This document shows, in pieces, positions 59,858 to 64,000 of a stretch of 64,000 nt of DNA. A program made the translations under genes and the position numbers. The stretch is taken from contig JBBPEB010000029.1 of NCBI GenBank assembly GCA_039096225.1, positions 806,001-870,000 on the forward strand. The letters run 5' to 3'. The stretch's first letter is position 1. Every line of letters starts with the position of its first letter. The stretch is from Blastocystis sp. Blastoise. Its lineage: Eukaryota > Protista > Bigyra: Opalinata. The notes below the pieces were generated by a model. The model searched no databases and was not told where the DNA came from. It saw only the letters and a list, made by a program, of their open reading frames with translations.

Positions 59858-59954
59858 AATCATATATATATAATATAAATCATATATATAGCTCTTAATA
59901 AGACTAAACATATTCATATAATTCAATGTGAATCAGCACCTCTACATAATGGAC

Positions 59955-59998
<44 letters not shown>

Positions 59999-60219
59999 AA
60001 CTAGTCATAGTATAAGCTTACTATATATATATATATAAGTAGTCATAGTATAAGTTTACTATATATATATATATAGAAGAGTGCACATATATTATGTAAG
60101 AATAATATTAAGACAACACTCATTCCTGACGCCAATATTTACGCGGTAATGAAACAAGTAGATAAAGTAATTTTACCTGCTCATACGGTTTTAGCTAACG
60201 GGGGTGTTCTTTGTCAATC

Positions 60220-60279
<60 letters not shown>

Positions 60280-60813
60280 TCTTATATACATATATATTCT
60301 CTTATATATATATATATATATATATAGGTGCTTATTTATTAGCTATGGCAGCTCGTTACTATCGAATTCCCGTGATTGTTTTATCCGGAATGTACAAGTT
60401 ATGTCCTATATATACAAATGATCAACATCAATTTAATGATATTAATTCACCACAAACAGTTCTTCCGTTTGCCAAGAGAAATGAAGATCTTATTAAGGTA
60501 TATATATATATATATATATATAATTATTTTTTTTGATCTACTATTGTTTTATTATAATAATTATACATTTATATATAAAATTTCTTTTTTTGAATCTACT
60601 ATTGTTTAATTATAATAATATATTATATACATAATTTCTTCTCTATAGACTAATATAATAAATCCTATATATGATTATATCCCACCAGAGTATATAAACA
60701 TTATTATCACAAGTAATGGTGAATACCCTCCTTCAGCCATTTTCAGATTAATTCGTGAATCTTATACATTAAGAGATGTTCTCTATCCTATCTATATTCA
60801 AAATGACCTCTAA
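58742..60813 (+). CDS. EIF2B2: Translation initiation factor eIF2B beta subunit, 10 exons
   Basis: QPMALCIMNVILR, IMIHGESHTV, CESAP, LIPDANIYAVMKQVDKVILPAHTVLANGG, VLSGMYKLCP and NPIYDYIPPEYINIIIT. One junction (59799) is out of phase by 1 nt. Confidence 0.88.
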
Positions 60814-61079
60814 ATTATTTATATACTTATATTCTATGTGATTGTATCTACTTGTGATTATTATGTTGTTTTGTAAATACTATGTTTTTTTATATTCATA
60901 GTAAATAATACTCTATTAAATAAATAAAAAGCAAACAAATGCAACTAAATAATCTGTATTGCTTTCATTAATATACATAAATATAAATACATAATAAAAT
61001 ATAAAGAATAATTAATTTAATTTTAATTAAAATCCAATATACGCAAATATTATACAATCATTTTTAAGTAAAACGACTT

Positions 61080-61315
61080 TTAATTCTTCTTTTCATCGTT
61101 ATGGCTATATATAATAATATATAATAAATATATAATAAGTATATGATAATACATAATAAGTATATAATAAGTATATAATAAGTATATAATAAGTATATAA
61201 TAATATATAAGTATATAACAATTTATATATACAAATCAAGAGCACTATAAGTGAACCAGCCACCGGGAAGAAGACGAGCTTTATACCCGCGCTATATTTG
61301 GAGGGAAATCAATAA

Positions 61316-61351
<36 letters not shown>

Positions 61352-61403
61352 CTTGAAGAAGAATACGAGTTGCATAATAAGCAGTTAAACCAACCTAAAC
61401 AAA

Positions 61404-61464
<61 letters not shown>

Positions 61465-61594
61465 TGCAACTAATATCAATATATTTATCTTTAGGTAATT
61501 TATCTAAATTATCTCTTAAATCTCCCAAGGGAATATTGAAGAATTCAGGCATAGGACGTTTCTAAAGAATCACGGAAATAAAAGGAAATTATAG

Positions 61595-61670
<76 letters not shown>

Positions 61671-62449
61671 ATATATATACTTCAGAAATAGCTTTTTGAC
61701 GGACTTCTAAATAGAATATATCATCGTGTTTCTCTTTAAGATATTCCCACGAGGAAAGAGGTAATAATCCATGCATAACATTTTCACCGATAAATCCCGC
61801 CATATTCACAGGATCTTTGGCGGCACCAAATTGAGGAGCATAGCACAATTCAGCTTGAGCTAATTCGTCAATTGTACTGTGTTTCTGTATATATGTAGAA
61901 ATAACATCAATTCTTTTATCTACTCCTTCTTCACCAACAGCTTGAGCACCAAGTAATAATCCTGATTTGAGATTAAAATAAACATCGAGATGAATTTGCT
62001 TCTGACCAGGGTAATATCCTACATGTTGACCAGGATGAAGTTGAATGCAAGCGACATTCGCAAGATCTTCATAACCTTGTCTATATATATATATGTATAT
62101 AATAAATATAATAATATTAAATATAATAATATTAAACAAAACAAGCATAAACATAAACATAATAAACATAAACATAATAATAAATATCTCTTTAAGCTTT
62201 CATAACTGTGACCGGTAGCTGCTGCCGCCACTCCAAACGCGCCACAAATGCTGGTGCCCTGAACACCACGGAACTCACTGTCGATTCCCGCGATATTATC
62301 AGCAATAACACGCGCCTGACGATTGGCGGGACCAGCAAGAGCCAAACAGGTAGGCTTTTTAGTAATAAAATCATAAGTTTGAACAGCATCTCCCGCGGCA
62401 AAAATGGCGGGATCGGAAGTACGCATGTGACTGTCAACTACTATACTAT

Positions 62450-62526
<77 letters not shown>

Positions 62527-62643
62527 TCTCATGCCAAGTTCAAGACCAGCTTGTTTGGCTAATTGTGATTCGGGGGATATACCAACGGAAAGTAACGCCA
62601 AATCACCATTAATAACTTGACCATCACTACATACCATCTATAT

Positions 62644-62692
<49 letters not shown>

Positions 62693-63143
62693 TATATATA
62701 CTTCTAAAGAATCATCTTCCTTAGTTCTGATTTCTTTTAATCCAGTACTATATTAATAATAAACATAATAATAAATATAAATATAATAATAAACATAATA
62801 TTAATAATAAACATAATAATAAATATAAACATAATAATAAATATAATATATATAATTTGTATATAAATGAACACCTTCCTTCGTGATTTGTCTCTGTAAA
62901 TAATTAGCTAAATCTGTTGAGAGAATTGGAAGTACATGAGGGGCCATTTCTATTATAGATACATCTAAACCTCTATATATATATATAGATATATATTAAA
63001 TGTTTAATTATATATAAATATAACAAATAATAATATATATATAGTATACTGATGTTTAAGGTTTTCAGCCATTTCCAGCCCAATAAAGCCACCTCCCACA
63101 ATAACAGCCTTCTTAGCTTGACGATCAGCAATCCAAGACTTTA

Positions 63144-63184
<41 letters not shown>

Positions 63185-63991
63185 CTTTAATAAAAAAAGA
63201 TTAATAAAAATATAATAATACTAACATAAATAAATATAATAATACTAACATAAATAAATATAATAATATATATACTTGATTACTATCAGGAATATCACGC
63301 AGAATAAAGACGCCGGGAGCATTGACACCAGGTAATCGCGGGACAATAGGTTTAGAGCCGGGAGCTAATACCAAATAATCATAAGCTTGAGTATAAGTAT
63401 GGTATATAGAATAAAATAAAATAATAAACATAAAGAATAAAAATAAATAAAATTTATAAATAATAAAAATGATAATTATAAATATACGTATGATTTGTAT
63501 TTGCGTCTTTGACGGTAATCGTTTTATTTTCTTTATCAATAGATAATACTTCATGTTTTACACGAACATCAATGTTAAAATAACTTTTGAAAGTAGATGG
63601 AGCAGTAACGACTAAACTACTTTCCTATATATATTTAAAATATACTAATCTCAAGAATTATCACTTCATTGATCCATAGAAGATACGAATTTATAAAGAA
63701 AATAATGATATCATAATAAAAATACTTTTTCAATGACATTACCAACATAATAAGGTAAACCACAATTAGCGAAAGAGACGTAATTGCCCTTTTCAAACAT
63801 CATAATATTAGCAAATTCATCTAAACGACGAAGTCTATAGAAAATAAAACATATTTATAAAAGAAGAGTTGATTGAAGAGATATTTAGATTTTATTTATG
63901 CTTAGAATAGTCCGATACATACCTGGCAGCAGCGGAAGCACCACCAGCTACACCTCCTACAATGCATATATTCTTAACTTTAGAAACGGTT
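61080..63991 (-). CDS. Bacterial-type CoA-disulfide reductase / NAD(P)H:persulfide reductase with C-terminal rhodanese domain (5' exon outside window)
   Basis: IVGGVAGGASAAARLRR, SFANCGLPY, GGGFIGLEMAE, TSDPAIFAAGDAV, LAGPANRQAR, DKRIDV, LCYAPQF and rhodanese CNVGLTAYYATRIL...LPGG. 13 exons are visible. Confidence 0.92.
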
Positions 63992-64000
63992 CTAAAATAA

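Noticed and set aside
59799-59891. eIF2B-beta intron out of phase; could be read as a sixth non-canonical (AT-AG) intron
   Set aside because: Removing one T from the T4 run before GTATAT restores a canonical GT-AG junction and the expected spacing, so a homopolymer error is simpler.

Overview
Very AT-rich, intron-rich eukaryotic (protist) nuclear DNA, not bacterial. The introns are mostly GTATAT...TAG and are inflated by (TA)n/(TTA)n microsatellites, so most short ORFs in the track are artefacts. By splicing exons by hand I recover 17 protein-coding genes: a GT61-like glycosyltransferase, a UFD1/Zn-finger/AZUL protein, an ABCC transporter, an MFS transporter, three fucosyltransferase-like paralogues, a GT-A glycosyltransferase, a CELF RNA-binding protein, a CENP-Q-like protein, a DRG GTPase, a ~1,640-aa modular surface protein, eIF2B-beta, a bacterial-type CoA-disulfide reductase-rhodanese and three hypotheticals. 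There is also one tRNA-Thr(AGT) and a 181-bp hAT-like MITE with an 8-bp TSD. The gene content suggests an anaerobic gut stramenopile such as an AT-rich Blastocystis lineage (inference). Main oddities: (1) a frame-independent exonic CCGCGG/YCRCGK motif enriched roughly 100-fold; (2) five introns with non-GT/AG ends in which the wrong base always equals the spliced-mRNA base; (3) the MITE in the ABCC promoter; (4) a chimeric surface protein alternating HRM-like Cys modules with a bacterial-type domain. All gene models are manual, and no database searches were run.
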